NCBI GenBank assembly: GCA_965197795.1
Contig: OZ240228.1
Coordinates: 2,893,177 to 2,957,176, forward strand
Direction: 5' to 3'
DNA length: 64,000 bases
From: Dehalococcoidia bacterium
GTDB lineage: Bacteria > Chloroflexota > Dehalococcoidia > DSTF01 > WHTK01
Below the pieces are notes generated by a model. It saw only the letters and a program-made list of their open reading frames with translations. It had not been told where the DNA came from and ran no database searches. Every line of letters begins with the position of its first letter. The first letter of the stretch is position 1. The position numbers and the translations under genes are program-made. Shown here in pieces: positions 42,082-51,439 of this stretch.

Positions 42082-43092
42082 ATGGCTGCCTGTATCGTCG
42101 GCGTTGGCAAGTACTTGCCCACCAGGGTCCTCTCCAACGCCGATCTAGAGGCCATGGTCGAAACCACGGATGAGTGGATCGTCGACCGCACCGGCATCCG
42201 CGAACGACGGATCGCCGCCGAGGATGAAACAACCGCTACCCTCGGCTCCGAAGCTGCCAAGATGGCGCTTGAAACCGCCGGTCTGCGTCCGGACCAGATC
42301 GATCTGATCATCTGCGCCACCTGCTCTCCGGATGGCATGTTTCCCGCCTCGGCCTCGCTGATTCAGGAGAGACTCGGCGCGCGGGAAGCTGCCGCATTCG
42401 ACGTCAACGCAGCCTGCACGGGATTCCTCGTCGCGCTGGCCACTGCCTCACAGTTCGTTAACTCGGGTGTCTACGAGCGTGTCCTGGTCGTCGGGGCCGA
42501 GGTGCTGTCACGCATCATCGATTGGTCGGACCGATCGACCTGCGTCCTGTTCGGTGACGGCGCGGGCGCGGTCATCCTGGAGCAGGGTGATTCGGGTGGC
42601 GTTGGGCCGGCCGTCCTCAAGAGCGACGGTTCCCGCGCAGAGGTGCTCTATGCCCGCGGGCCGGCCAGTTCGCCCATCGCTCAGAACGAGGGCTGCTGCA
42701 TCGTCATGGATGGCCGCGAGGTCTTCAAGTTTGCCGTGCGCGCCATGGAGGACGTGGCTCGACAAGCTATAGAGCAAGCCGGTCTGATACCGGCAGACAT
42801 CGACTACGTGGTGCCGCACCAGGCCAACCAACGCATCATCTCGGCCGTCGGCAAGGCCCTGGACCTGGCGCCCGAGCGCATGATTACGAATGTGGAGCGC
42901 TACGGAAACACGTCCTCAGCATCGATACCCGTGGCACTTTGCGAAGCGTGGGAAGACGGCCGCTTCAAGCCAGGCGACCGAATGGCGTTCGTCGCCTTCG
43001 GCGGTGGGTTGGTCTGGGGAGCCTCCTTGATCGAGTGGACTGCCCTCGGTTCCCGCTTCGCTACGGCCAACGTCGAAGCCGCCCGTCGATAA
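42082..43092 (+). CDS. fabH: beta-ketoacyl-ACP synthase III
   Basis: WIVDRTGIRERR, AACTGF, LFGDGAGA, HQANQRI, GNTSSAS. Confidence 0.96.
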   Translation: MAACIVGVGKYLPTRVLSNADLEAMVETTDEWIVDRTGIRERRIAAEDETTATLGSEAAKMALETAGLRPDQIDLIICATCSPDGMFPASASLIQERLGAREAAAFDVNAACTGFLVALATASQFVNSGVYERVLVVGAEVLSRIIDWSDRSTCVLFGDGAGAVILEQGDSGGVGPAVLKSDGSRAEVLYARGPASSPIAQNEGCCIVMDGREVFKFAVRAMEDVARQAIEQAGLIPADIDYVVPHQANQRIISAVGKALDLAPERMITNVERYGNTSSASIPVALCEAWEDGRFKPGDRMAFVAFGGGLVWGASLIEWTALGSRFATANVEAARR

Positions 43093-43119
43093 CCGGCCGA
43101 TAGTCGGAAGAAGTCTCTC

Positions 43120-44451
43120 GTGGACTACGTCGAAGCCCTGGCGTACCTGTATAGCCTCGCAGATTTCGAGCGCAGCGGACGCTACTCGAGCCGCACCGAC
43201 CTCGACCCCGTGGTCGCGTTGCTGCACGAATTGGACGACCCGCATCTCGGGAGGCTGACGGTACATATCGCCGGCAGCAAGGGTAAGGGCAGCGTCGCGG
43301 CGATGATCGAGTCGATCCTACGCGCCTCCGGCCTGCGCACCGGCCTGTTCACGAGTCCCCACCTGCACCGTTTTCCGGAGCGCATTCAGGTCGACGGTCA
43401 GGCGGTGGCCCGGGACGAATTCGCCGCGGGATTGACCGAGGTTCGCGCCGCGGTGGAGCGGGCGACCGAGGCAGCGCCTGGCCGTCGAATCGTTACATTC
43501 GACGTGCTGACGGCGCTGGCGTTCCTGATCTACCGCAATCATGAGGTCGAAGCGCAGGTCATCGAGGTCGGCCTGGGCGGGTTGCTGGATTCGACCAACG
43601 TATTCGAGACTAAAGGCTGCAGCGTCATCACGAACATCGGGCTGGAGCACCGCGACATCCTCGGCAACACGATCCCGGAAATCGCGCGCCAGAAGGCGGG
43701 CATCATCGTGCCGGGCTGCCCTACCATCATGGCGCCGCAGCGCGAGTCAGCGGCCGACGTGATCCGGGAGGTCGCCGCGGAGAAGGGCTCGCAGCTAACC
43801 GAGGTCGCTTTCGCCTGCAACCTGCGGCGCGATAGCGCCGGCAGCGAAAATCAGACGTTCCGGCTGCGGACACCGAAAGCCACGTACCAGGCGAAACTAC
43901 CGTTGCTGGGCAAACACCAACTGGACAACGCCGCAACGGCCGTGCTGGCGGTCGAAGCCCTGACCGAGGCTAGCATCGAAGTGAGCCAGCAGGCTGTGCA
44001 GCAGGGCCTGGAGACGTTGAGGTGGCCCGGCCGGATTGAAGTCCTCAAACGGCGCCCCTTGATCGTCGTCGATGCGGCCCACACGGCTGATTCGGCACGC
44101 CGTCTTGCAGACACGCTGCAGGAGTACCTGCGCCTCAGCCGCGCGACCCTCGTCATCGGCGTCATGGGCGACAAGGACCTCGAAGGCCTGGCCTCGGCGA
44201 TCGAGCCGGCTGCGCTTCGGGTCATCGCCACACAGGCCGATCACCCACGAGCGCTCGCGGCCGAAACTGTAGCGCAGACGTTTCGGGCCCTGAGTGTCGA
44301 AACATTCGTCGAGCCGAAGCTCGGCGCCGCCATCGACATGGCGACCAGCCTCTCGACTGGGTCAGACGCGGTTGTTATCCTCGGTTCAGTCGCTCTCGCT
44401 GGTGAGGCGAGGGCGTATATTCTTGGTCTGGAGCGCGATCTCCCGGTCTGA
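43120..44451 (+). CDS. folC: folylpolyglutamate synthase/dihydrofolate synthase
   Basis: HIAGSKGKGS, FTSPHL, EVGLGGLLDSTN, WPGR, DAAH. Confidence 0.93.
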   Translation: MDYVEALAYLYSLADFERSGRYSSRTDLDPVVALLHELDDPHLGRLTVHIAGSKGKGSVAAMIESILRASGLRTGLFTSPHLHRFPERIQVDGQAVARDEFAAGLTEVRAAVERATEAAPGRRIVTFDVLTALAFLIYRNHEVEAQVIEVGLGGLLDSTNVFETKGCSVITNIGLEHRDILGNTIPEIARQKAGIIVPGCPTIMAPQRESAADVIREVAAEKGSQLTEVAFACNLRRDSAGSENQTFRLRTPKATYQAKLPLLGKHQLDNAATAVLAVEALTEASIEVSQQAVQQGLETLRWPGRIEVLKRRPLIVVDAAHTADSARRLADTLQEYLRLSRATLVIGVMGDKDLEGLASAIEPAALRVIATQADHPRALAAETVAQTFRALSVETFVEPKLGAAIDMATSLSTGSDAVVILGSVALAGEARAYILGLERDLPV

Positions 44452-44475
44452 GAGCCGTCGCCGACGGAGGCAAGC

Positions 44476-45738
44476 ATGGCAGCAAATCTGAAGAACGGCC
44501 GTCGCGTTGTGATCACCGGGATGGGCGCCTTGACGCCGCTCGGTAACAGCGTCGACGAGTTCTGGCAGGGCTGTGTAGAAGGACGCTCGGGCATCGACTG
44601 GATCACGCTGTTCGATAGCAGCGCGTACCCTATCAAGGTCGACGGTGAAGTGCGCAACTTCGACCCGCAAGACTACATGGACCGCAAGGAAGCGCGGCGC
44701 ATGGCGCGCTTCAGCCAGCTTTCCGTCGCCGCCGCCCGCATGGCGCTCGATGATTCTGAAATCAATCTCGAGAAGGAAGACACCACGCGTGTCGGGGTGC
44801 TCCTGGGCAACGGCAACGGCGGCTACCCGGAGACCGACGACGCGATGCGGACGATCATGACCAAGGGCGGCAACCGCCTGGACCCGTTCTACATGTCGAA
44901 GATCCTGCCCAACATCGCCGCGGCGCAGGTTGGCATGCAGTTTGGCCTGCGTGGCTACAACAACACCGTCACCACGGCCTGCGCCGCCGGCACGCAAGCG
45001 CTGGGTGACGCACTCGATATCATTCGCCTGGGCCGGACCGACGTCATGGTCGCGGGCGGCGGCGAGGCCGGCATCTGTGAGCTGGGCCTGGCCGCGTTCC
45101 ACATCATGCGCGCCCTGTCGACCCGGGAAGACGAGCCCTTGAAAGCATCGCGCCCGTTCGACCAGGACCGCGACGGCTTCGTCTGCGCCGAGGGCGCCGC
45201 GCTCTTCGTCCTGGAGTCGTTGGAGCACGCAGAGCGCCGCGGCGCTCACATCCTGGCAGAGCTGGCCGGCTACGGCGCTACCTCGGACGCTTATCACGTC
45301 GTAGCGCCGTGCGTCGACGGCGAGGGTGCTCAACGTGCCATGAACGAAGCGATCGCGGACGCGGGCCTGACGCCGGATGACATCGACTACATCAACGCTC
45401 ACGGCACGTCGACGGCAGCGAACGACGCGTCCGAGACCTTGGCCATCAAGGGTGTGTTCGGTGAGCGTGCTTACGACCTGCCGATCAGCTCGACAAAGTC
45501 GATGATCGGCCACGCCCTGGGCGCGTCCGGCGCCATCGAGTCAGTCGCATCGCTCAAGGCGATCGAGACGGGCATCATCCCGCCCACGATCAATTACGAG
45601 AATCAGGATCCGGACTGCGACCTCGACTACGTGCCGAATAGCTCACGCAAGGTCCAGGGAGTGCGGGCCGTACTCAAGAACAGCTTTGGGTTCGGCGGGC
45701 AGAACGCTTGCCTAGTCTTCAAGCGGTACGAGGAATAA
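44476..45738 (+). CDS. fabF: beta-ketoacyl-ACP synthase II
   Basis: TACAAG, SRPFD, INAHGTST, KSMIGH, NSFGFGG. Confidence 0.96.
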   Translation: MAANLKNGRRVVITGMGALTPLGNSVDEFWQGCVEGRSGIDWITLFDSSAYPIKVDGEVRNFDPQDYMDRKEARRMARFSQLSVAAARMALDDSEINLEKEDTTRVGVLLGNGNGGYPETDDAMRTIMTKGGNRLDPFYMSKILPNIAAAQVGMQFGLRGYNNTVTTACAAGTQALGDALDIIRLGRTDVMVAGGGEAGICELGLAAFHIMRALSTREDEPLKASRPFDQDRDGFVCAEGAALFVLESLEHAERRGAHILAELAGYGATSDAYHVVAPCVDGEGAQRAMNEAIADAGLTPDDIDYINAHGTSTAANDASETLAIKGVFGERAYDLPISSTKSMIGHALGASGAIESVASLKAIETGIIPPTINYENQDPDCDLDYVPNSSRKVQGVRAVLKNSFGFGGQNACLVFKRYEE

Positions 45739-45812
45739 GCGCACGTATCGCCAGGAAACCTGATATCGAATGCATCTGGACAGCCGATCATGAGCAGCCG
45801 ATAATCTTAATC

Positions 45813-45842
45813 ATGACTGTCGGAACGACTTCACGGACTTAG
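45813..45842 (+). other. putative leaderless uORF / leader peptide MTVGTTSRT
   Basis: ATG a few nt after a -10-like element; 4 of 9 codons are Thr; the stop overlaps the terminator stem. Confidence 0.35.
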
Positions 45843-45876
45843 CACTCGGCCAGAACGCCGGGTGCTTTTTGCTTTT
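45841..45876 (+). terminator. intrinsic terminator directly upstream of the SWIM gene SD
   Basis: AGCACTCGGC-CAGAAC-GCCGGGTGCT followed by TTTTGCTTTT. Confidence 0.75.
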
Positions 45877-45887
45877 AGGAGGCTTCT

Positions 45888-46142
45888 GTGAACTCAAGCG
45901 TCATCGGCAAGATCGAAAAGGCGAAGCGGTATGCCCGGGAGCGCGAGCGCATGCAGTTCAGCGCCCTCAGCGTGCACTTCCACGGCGAGAACGACGACCA
46001 CGAGGTCACCTTCGCCGACGAGAAATGGCATTGCACCTGTGAATTCTTCGAAGGGCATGGAACCTGCGCGCACTCGATGGCGCTGGAGCACGTCCTGGAA
46101 GGCATGCTGCCCGTAACACCCTCGCACCTGCAACACGCCTGA
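45888..46142 (+). CDS. small SWIM-type zinc finger protein
   Basis: CTC-x8-CAH (CxC...CxH); IGKIEKAKRYA N-terminus; SD AGGAGG. Confidence 0.82.
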   Translation: MNSSVIGKIEKAKRYARERERMQFSALSVHFHGENDDHEVTFADEKWHCTCEFFEGHGTCAHSMALEHVLEGMLPVTPSHLQHA

Positions 46143-46238
46143 CGCGGTCGCTGCCGGTGACGGGGTGCCCGTTGACGGCAGTCGTTGACACGCGTTAGCG
46201 CCTTCGCGAAGCGACCGGCATCGACTGCTCCAGACGCG

Positions 46239-47195
46239 TCAGACGTTTCTTGGTGTCGCCTTTCGCTGCGGTTCAACCTCGAGCCGCTGCCGGAAGTACT
46301 CAACGGTCCGGCGCAGCCCCTCTTCGAGGCCTACCTTCGCCTGCCATCCGGTCGCTTCGCGCAAACGCTGGGACGAGGCGTAAAGCGCCGGGACGTCGCC
46401 GACTCGGTCGCCGAGGTCATCGATGCGCAGCGGCCGGCCAATGATGTCCGTGACCGCTTGCAGCACTTCCTTCACTTTGGTGCCCTTCTCGGAGCCTACG
46501 TTGAAGTAATTGAGCCCCTTCCGATCCAAAACGGCGACGTGGGCCCGGGCCAAATCCTCGACGTAGATGTAGTCGCGCACCTGCTCGCCCTGCCAGTAGA
46601 TCGGTACGGGACGGTCAGTTAGCGCCGCCTGAACGACGTTAGGGATCAGGTGGGTCTCCGGCTGACACAGCTCGTTGGGACCGTAGGGGTTGAAGTAACG
46701 CAAGATCGTCGCGTCGAAACCGTGCAAGCGCTGGTAGGCCGCCACGAAAGCCTCCGCCGACACCTTCGAGGCGCCGTACGGGTTGGACTGCACACCCAGG
46801 GGGTCGTCCTCGCGGAGTGGCAATTTGCCGGGAAGGCCGTAGACCGTCGCTGACGAAGAGAAAACGATGCGCTCCACCTCGGCCAGCCGCATCGATTCAA
46901 GGAGCCGCACCGTGTTAACGACGTTGTTCTCGGCGAACTCGACCGGCCGTTCCACGGATAAGGGAACTGGTACCAGCCCGGCTAGATGAATTACGACGTC
47001 GTGGCCGGCCAGCCAACCGGGCAGATGCCGCTGACTCTTGAGGTCGCCCTTTACGAGGAGAGCGCCACGGGGCACCAGCTCGCGGTGGCCCGACGAGAGG
47101 TTGTCCAGCACGGTAACTTGATGGCCGGCCTCGAGCAGTTGGCGGGTGACATGACTGCCCAGAAATCCCGCGCCGCCGGTTACAAACACGCGCAT
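46239..47195 (-). CDS. galE: UDP-glucose 4-epimerase family protein
   Basis: TGGAGFLG, SSSATVYG, YGASK, LRYFNPYG, ETHLIP, RDYIYV. Confidence 0.85.
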   Translation of the reverse strand: MRVFVTGGAGFLGSHVTRQLLEAGHQVTVLDNLSSGHRELVPRGALLVKGDLKSQRHLPGWLAGHDVVIHLAGLVPVPLSVERPVEFAENNVVNTVRLLESMRLAEVERIVFSSSATVYGLPGKLPLREDDPLGVQSNPYGASKVSAEAFVAAYQRLHGFDATILRYFNPYGPNELCQPETHLIPNVVQAALTDRPVPIYWQGEQVRDYIYVEDLARAHVAVLDRKGLNYFNVGSEKGTKVKEVLQAVTDIIGRPLRIDDLGDRVGDVPALYASSQRLREATGWQAKVGLEEGLRRTVEYFRQRLEVEPQRKATPRNV

Positions 47196-47402
47196 TAGAG
47201 CTGCATGTTAGCCCGGCATCCAGCTACCAGAAAGCAGGGCTTCCCCGATGTCGCCCACGGGTGAGGCTAATTAACCTTTTGAATTGACGAGCCGTTGTTA
47301 TGTGTAGAAGTCTCGGACTGGAGACTTCGTCCGTGCGTCCGCGTTGGACGCAGGTGCAAAGGCGGGATATCATTGGCTCGTTTTCCACTTCCCGGTAACA
47401 GG

Positions 47403-48011
47403 ATGATGAGAACCTTTTCCAAGGCCGAGACCAGCACCGACTGGGAACCACAGCGTCAGATTATTGATGCTGCTCAGAATGGTGACCTGGAAGCCCTTGG
47501 AACGCTCTACGACGCCCATATCAATCAGGTCTATCGCTATGCACTTGCGCGCCTGGGCAACGTCCAGGACGCGGAGGACGTTGTCGGCGAGATCTTCATA
47601 AAGATGCTCAATGGCCTGCCAAAGTACCAGTGGCGCAAAGTTCCCTTCGCGGCCTGGCTCATGCGCATCGCCCACAACGAAGTCATCAGCTTTACGAGGC
47701 GCAACGGCCGTCGCTCTAACGATACGGAGCTGCCGGAGGACATCCTCGATCGCGGCACGATCAACGACCCCGTAGAAAACGCCGAGCGCCAGCTGGCGCT
47801 GGAAGACTTGCGCAACGCCGTCGAATTGCTGCCCGAGGCGCAGCGCGAGGTGATCATCCTGCGCTTCGCTTCCGGCCTTTCCGTGGCCGACACCGCAAAG
47901 GCCCTGGGCAAGCAAGAGAACAACGTCAAGGTGCTCCAGCACAAGGGGATGCAGCGTCTACAAGTACTGATGTCGCCCAAGTATCCGGAGCTGGTGCAAA
48001 AACACCCATGA
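47403..48011 (+). CDS. ECF RNA polymerase sigma-70 factor
   Basis: DAED...F, FAAWLMRIAHN (region 2); LPEAQREVIILRF...TAKALG (region 4); start may be TTG 47373. Confidence 0.92.
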   Translation: MMRTFSKAETSTDWEPQRQIIDAAQNGDLEALGTLYDAHINQVYRYALARLGNVQDAEDVVGEIFIKMLNGLPKYQWRKVPFAAWLMRIAHNEVISFTRRNGRRSNDTELPEDILDRGTINDPVENAERQLALEDLRNAVELLPEAQREVIILRFASGLSVADTAKALGKQENNVKVLQHKGMQRLQVLMSPKYPELVQKHP

Positions 48012-49285
48012 GCAAGACACGCATCGAACAGATGCTTCAGGAGTGCCTCGACGGATACGAGGCCGGCTTGACGCCGGAGGAGTGCCTGTCTGCTTATCCT
48101 GGCCGGCGCGTCGAGCTTGAGCCGCTGTTGAGGCAGGCGCTTTCATTGCGCGTGGCTTACGCGACCAGCCCCAGCGAGGAGGTCCGGCACGAGGCCCGCG
48201 AGCAGCTAATGTTCGCCGCCGGACGCGACGTCAGGCTGGCGCTGGCCCGTGAGGCTGATCCCAACTTCATCCTGCAGGAGCGCACGCGGTTCCTCAATGT
48301 CGCCGGCGCCGCTGCTCAGGAAGCCTTGCGCGACGTTTCTCCGCCACGGCTGGCGTTCTGGGTCAACGCCCGTCGCCGCCTCCTGGAAACAGCTGCCAAC
48401 GCCGCGCCTACTCCAGTCCGGCGCTTCAGAGGAATGCTGCGCTACTCGCTGACCGCGGCCATCGTTGCAATCGTAATCAGCGCGGTTGCCATCGCATCGC
48501 TCGGCGGCGATACCTCAAACGACTCGCCAGACACGCAGCTCGCGGCGCTGGAGCAAGAGATATCCAGCATCGAGCAGCGCACACAGCAGGGCCAGCCGAT
48601 CGCAGCCGGAGAGCTGGAAGACCTCGCGGAGAAGACCAGCCTGATTACGAACACCATCGACGGTCAGGACCTCGAACGCGCCGAGAAGATCGGCGGCTTG
48701 ATCCTGCGTCAGCAGGAAGTGGTCGCCCAGCAGATTTCGACCGACGAGCAGCTTCTGCTGGAGGCGCAGCAGAAGCTGCTGGAGGCACAGCAGCAACTCC
48801 TAGCCGCGGCCATCGCCTCGCCGACGGTCGCCGCCGTCGTTGTCGACCCAACCGAAGAGGCGACGTCACCAGTGGAAGAGGATCCGCCCGATCCCACACC
48901 GACACCTGAACTGGCTCCTAACGAGGTCCGTGTGGGGTCAACCGTGGACGACACGCACGGCCTGGTATGGCAGCAAGTCAGCACCGAAAGTATCAACTTC
49001 GTGATGCCGGAAAGCTGGCGTCTGCTGCTTGAGCCCGGCGTAGATGGCACCCTGATTCAGACTTCGCTGGTCCTCGCATTTGAGACCGACGGCGAGGATC
49101 CGATATTCGTCCTGATCACACAGCAGGGCGAGGCCATCGCACGGGTGAATCAGGTTGCCCTCCGGTTGCGAGGCCCCGGGCCCGACGGCGCCACCGTTGC
49201 CGCAGAGACGCTCGCCGACTTCGGCGAGGTCGGCCTGGCACTGCATCACTTCGTCCTCTCCATCAGCCTGGCGGAAACCCCTTAG
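48008..49285 (+). CDS. putative membrane-anchored anti-sigma factor
   Basis: ATGA overlap with the sigma gene; N-terminal LQECL...EECLSAYP...ELEPLL; one TM helix; extracytoplasmic helical region, PT linker and C-terminal domain. Confidence 0.72.
   Translation: MSKTRIEQMLQECLDGYEAGLTPEECLSAYPGRRVELEPLLRQALSLRVAYATSPSEEVRHEAREQLMFAAGRDVRLALAREADPNFILQERTRFLNVAGAAAQEALRDVSPPRLAFWVNARRRLLETAANAAPTPVRRFRGMLRYSLTAAIVAIVISAVAIASLGGDTSNDSPDTQLAALEQEISSIEQRTQQGQPIAAGELEDLAEKTSLITNTIDGQDLERAEKIGGLILRQQEVVAQQISTDEQLLLEAQQKLLEAQQQLLAAAIASPTVAAVVVDPTEEATSPVEEDPPDPTPTPELAPNEVRVGSTVDDTHGLVWQQVSTESINFVMPESWRLLLEPGVDGTLIQTSLVLAFETDGEDPIFVLITQQGEAIARVNQVALRLRGPGPDGATVAAETLADFGEVGLALHHFVLSISLAETP
48755..48796 (+). 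repeat. 21-bp tandem duplication encoding LLEAQQK/LLEAQQQ heptads
   Basis: CTGCTGGAGGCGCAGCAGAAG then CTGCTGGAGGCACAGCAGCAA. Confidence 0.65.
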
Positions 49286-49397
49286 GGAATTAAGGGGAAC
49301 ACCTACTACACCAGACTCGCAAAGCAGCCGATAGTACCGCTAGGACCAGACGGTCAAGGACCGCTGGTTGTCTGCGTCCTTTACTCCAGGAGGGAGA

Positions 49398-51430
49398 ATG
49401 ATGGTTCGAGTGGGAGCTTCGGTGAACCAGGAGCACGACGGCCAAGACACGCAACAGGACGAACCCTGGACTCACCTCATCAACGACGCAGTCAAGGACT
49501 TCGTTCAAGCGATTACTGAGTCGTCGCAGAAACTCGCAACGGCAGCCGAGCAATTCGCCGGTCAGTCCCTGAGCATGATCGACAACGCGACGAGCAAGGC
49601 CGAAGGCTCCGCCGGCGTCAGCGGTCAGATGGCCGAAGCCGCCGAGAAGGCAGCATCAGAAGCCCAGCAAGCCGCCGAATCCCTTCAGGCCGCAGTCAAT
49701 GAAGCCGGCGAGCAGATCCGGAACGAAACGCGCAACAGCATCGACGAAGCGCTGGCGCAGGCACGCGAAGTTCAGCAGGTGAGCGAGCGCGCCAAAGCAG
49801 AAATGCGGCAGCAGGCCGAAGAATTGGTCCAGCGCATCGAGCGCTCCAGCGAGGGCAGCCAGGAGGTCATCCGCGCCGCCCAACTGGCTACCGAGGAGGT
49901 CCGACAGGCGGCTGTAAGTGTCAGCGAGACATCTCGCAGCGTCGACGCCTCCGTGGCCGACGCACAGGCAGCCGCTGTACAAGCTAGCAGCGCCGCGGAG
50001 CGAACTGAAAGCCAGGCCAATAGCGCCGCGGCCACCGCATCCAACCTCGAACGAGTTCTACAGGAAGCCCGCGGTATCTCCGTGCGAATGGAAGAGCAGG
50101 CCGGCGACGTAAGCAGTGCGATGGAAGCGGCGCAGACCGCCGCCGAAGCAGCGAACTCTGCCGCCCAGCTCGTCGGAGAGCACGTAAGTCAGGCGACATC
50201 GGTGGTTGAAGCCGGACAGCGCACCGCGCAGCAGGCGCAGGAAACCGGTGAGCATATCGAATCCACCGCCGCGAACTTCGAAGCCACGCTTAACGACGTG
50301 CGAGCCGTGGCAGAGCGGACACGCGAAGCCATCGCGCGCATCGACGAAACCGCCGAAAGCGCCACGTCGGCCGCGAGCAGCGCCCAACGGCATCGCAGTC
50401 CGCTCTCGAAGCGGCTCAGCGTGCCGAGCAAGCTGGCGCGAATCAGAAGCTCGGACAAGAAGCCGACACACTACTCGAGAGACTGGAAAACGACTACCAG
50501 CTTCTGACTCGCTGGTACAAGAGCTGTCTTCTCGAATCAGCTCAATGGCAAGCGTCGCGGCATCCCAGATTGAAGAAGCTGAGCCGCCGGTTGACGAAAC
50601 GCAGACCTGGGAACCAATGAGGCGCCGCCCTTCGAGTCATACGAAGAGCCGCTAGCCCAAGAACCAACGCTCGAGCCGGCTCCCGAGCCGCCTTACATGG
50701 CTGAGGTATCAGCGGAACCCCTGGTTGCAACCGTTCAAGCACCCCCAGCCAGTCAGGAATCAAACGTCGCGAACCCGGCCTGGATCGAGAAAACGATCTC
50801 CTACCCGGCCCCGGATGCGAGCGAGGCAGCGCTGGATGAGACGGCGGTCCAAACGCCCTCTTCACAGCCAGAGGCGGCACAAGAATCCACGGAAGGCGAG
50901 CCGGCGGCTCCGTCCTGGGGCGCTGTCGAGTCTGCACCGCAGGCAGCGGCCCTTGAGCCGGCGCCGGCCAGCATGGACTCAACCGAGATCGTCGAGGAAG
51001 CTGCGCAACCAGAGCCGGCCGCCTGGACGACAGAGCCCGCGGACAGCATCGAGTCTGCCACCTCAGAGCTAAAAGACGAGTCGTTGCCTTCTGCGACTGA
51101 ACCTGGTCAGGCTCAACCGAGTCGACGGACATGGAGCCACCTGCTGCCGTTGCCGACCAGCAGCCAACGCTGTCTGGACGTATCCAGGTCAACATTTCTC
51201 CGGTGCCGGACTTCGACCGTCTGCTCAGTCTGGACAGCGCCGTGAGCCGCGTTGACAGCGTGCAGACCGTGACGCTGGCCGATTACGCCCAGGAGGAAGT
51301 CACCTTCCGAATCGACCTGGCGAGTCCGCTGGATGCCGTCGACTTCGCGCGCCAAGTAGCTGAAGCAGCGGGCATGAGCAACGAAGTAGCAGAGGCCGAC
51401 ACCAACTCCTTAACGCTTTGCCTCGCCTAG
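49398..51430 (+). CDS. large coiled-coil / acidic disordered protein with small C-terminal alpha/beta domain (frameshifted)
   Basis: Ala/Glu/Gln/Ser-rich helical N-half continues across frames (about 50390, 50510, 50620, 51120) into an E/P/A-rich linker and ISPVPDFDRLLSLD...VTLADY domain; SD AGGAGGG. Confidence 0.65.
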
Positions 51431-51439
51431 GAGGGCTGC

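Noticed and set aside
45839-45868. Second CIRCE-like site (TTAGCACTC...GGGTGCTTT)
   Set aside because: Spacer is 12 nt rather than 9 and the right arm has three mismatches; it is better explained as a terminator stem
49398-50400. Methyl-accepting chemotaxis protein or phage tail-fibre identity for the Ala-rich rod
   Set aside because: No MCP hairpin-tip motif (LLALNAAIEAARAG) and no che or phage genes nearby
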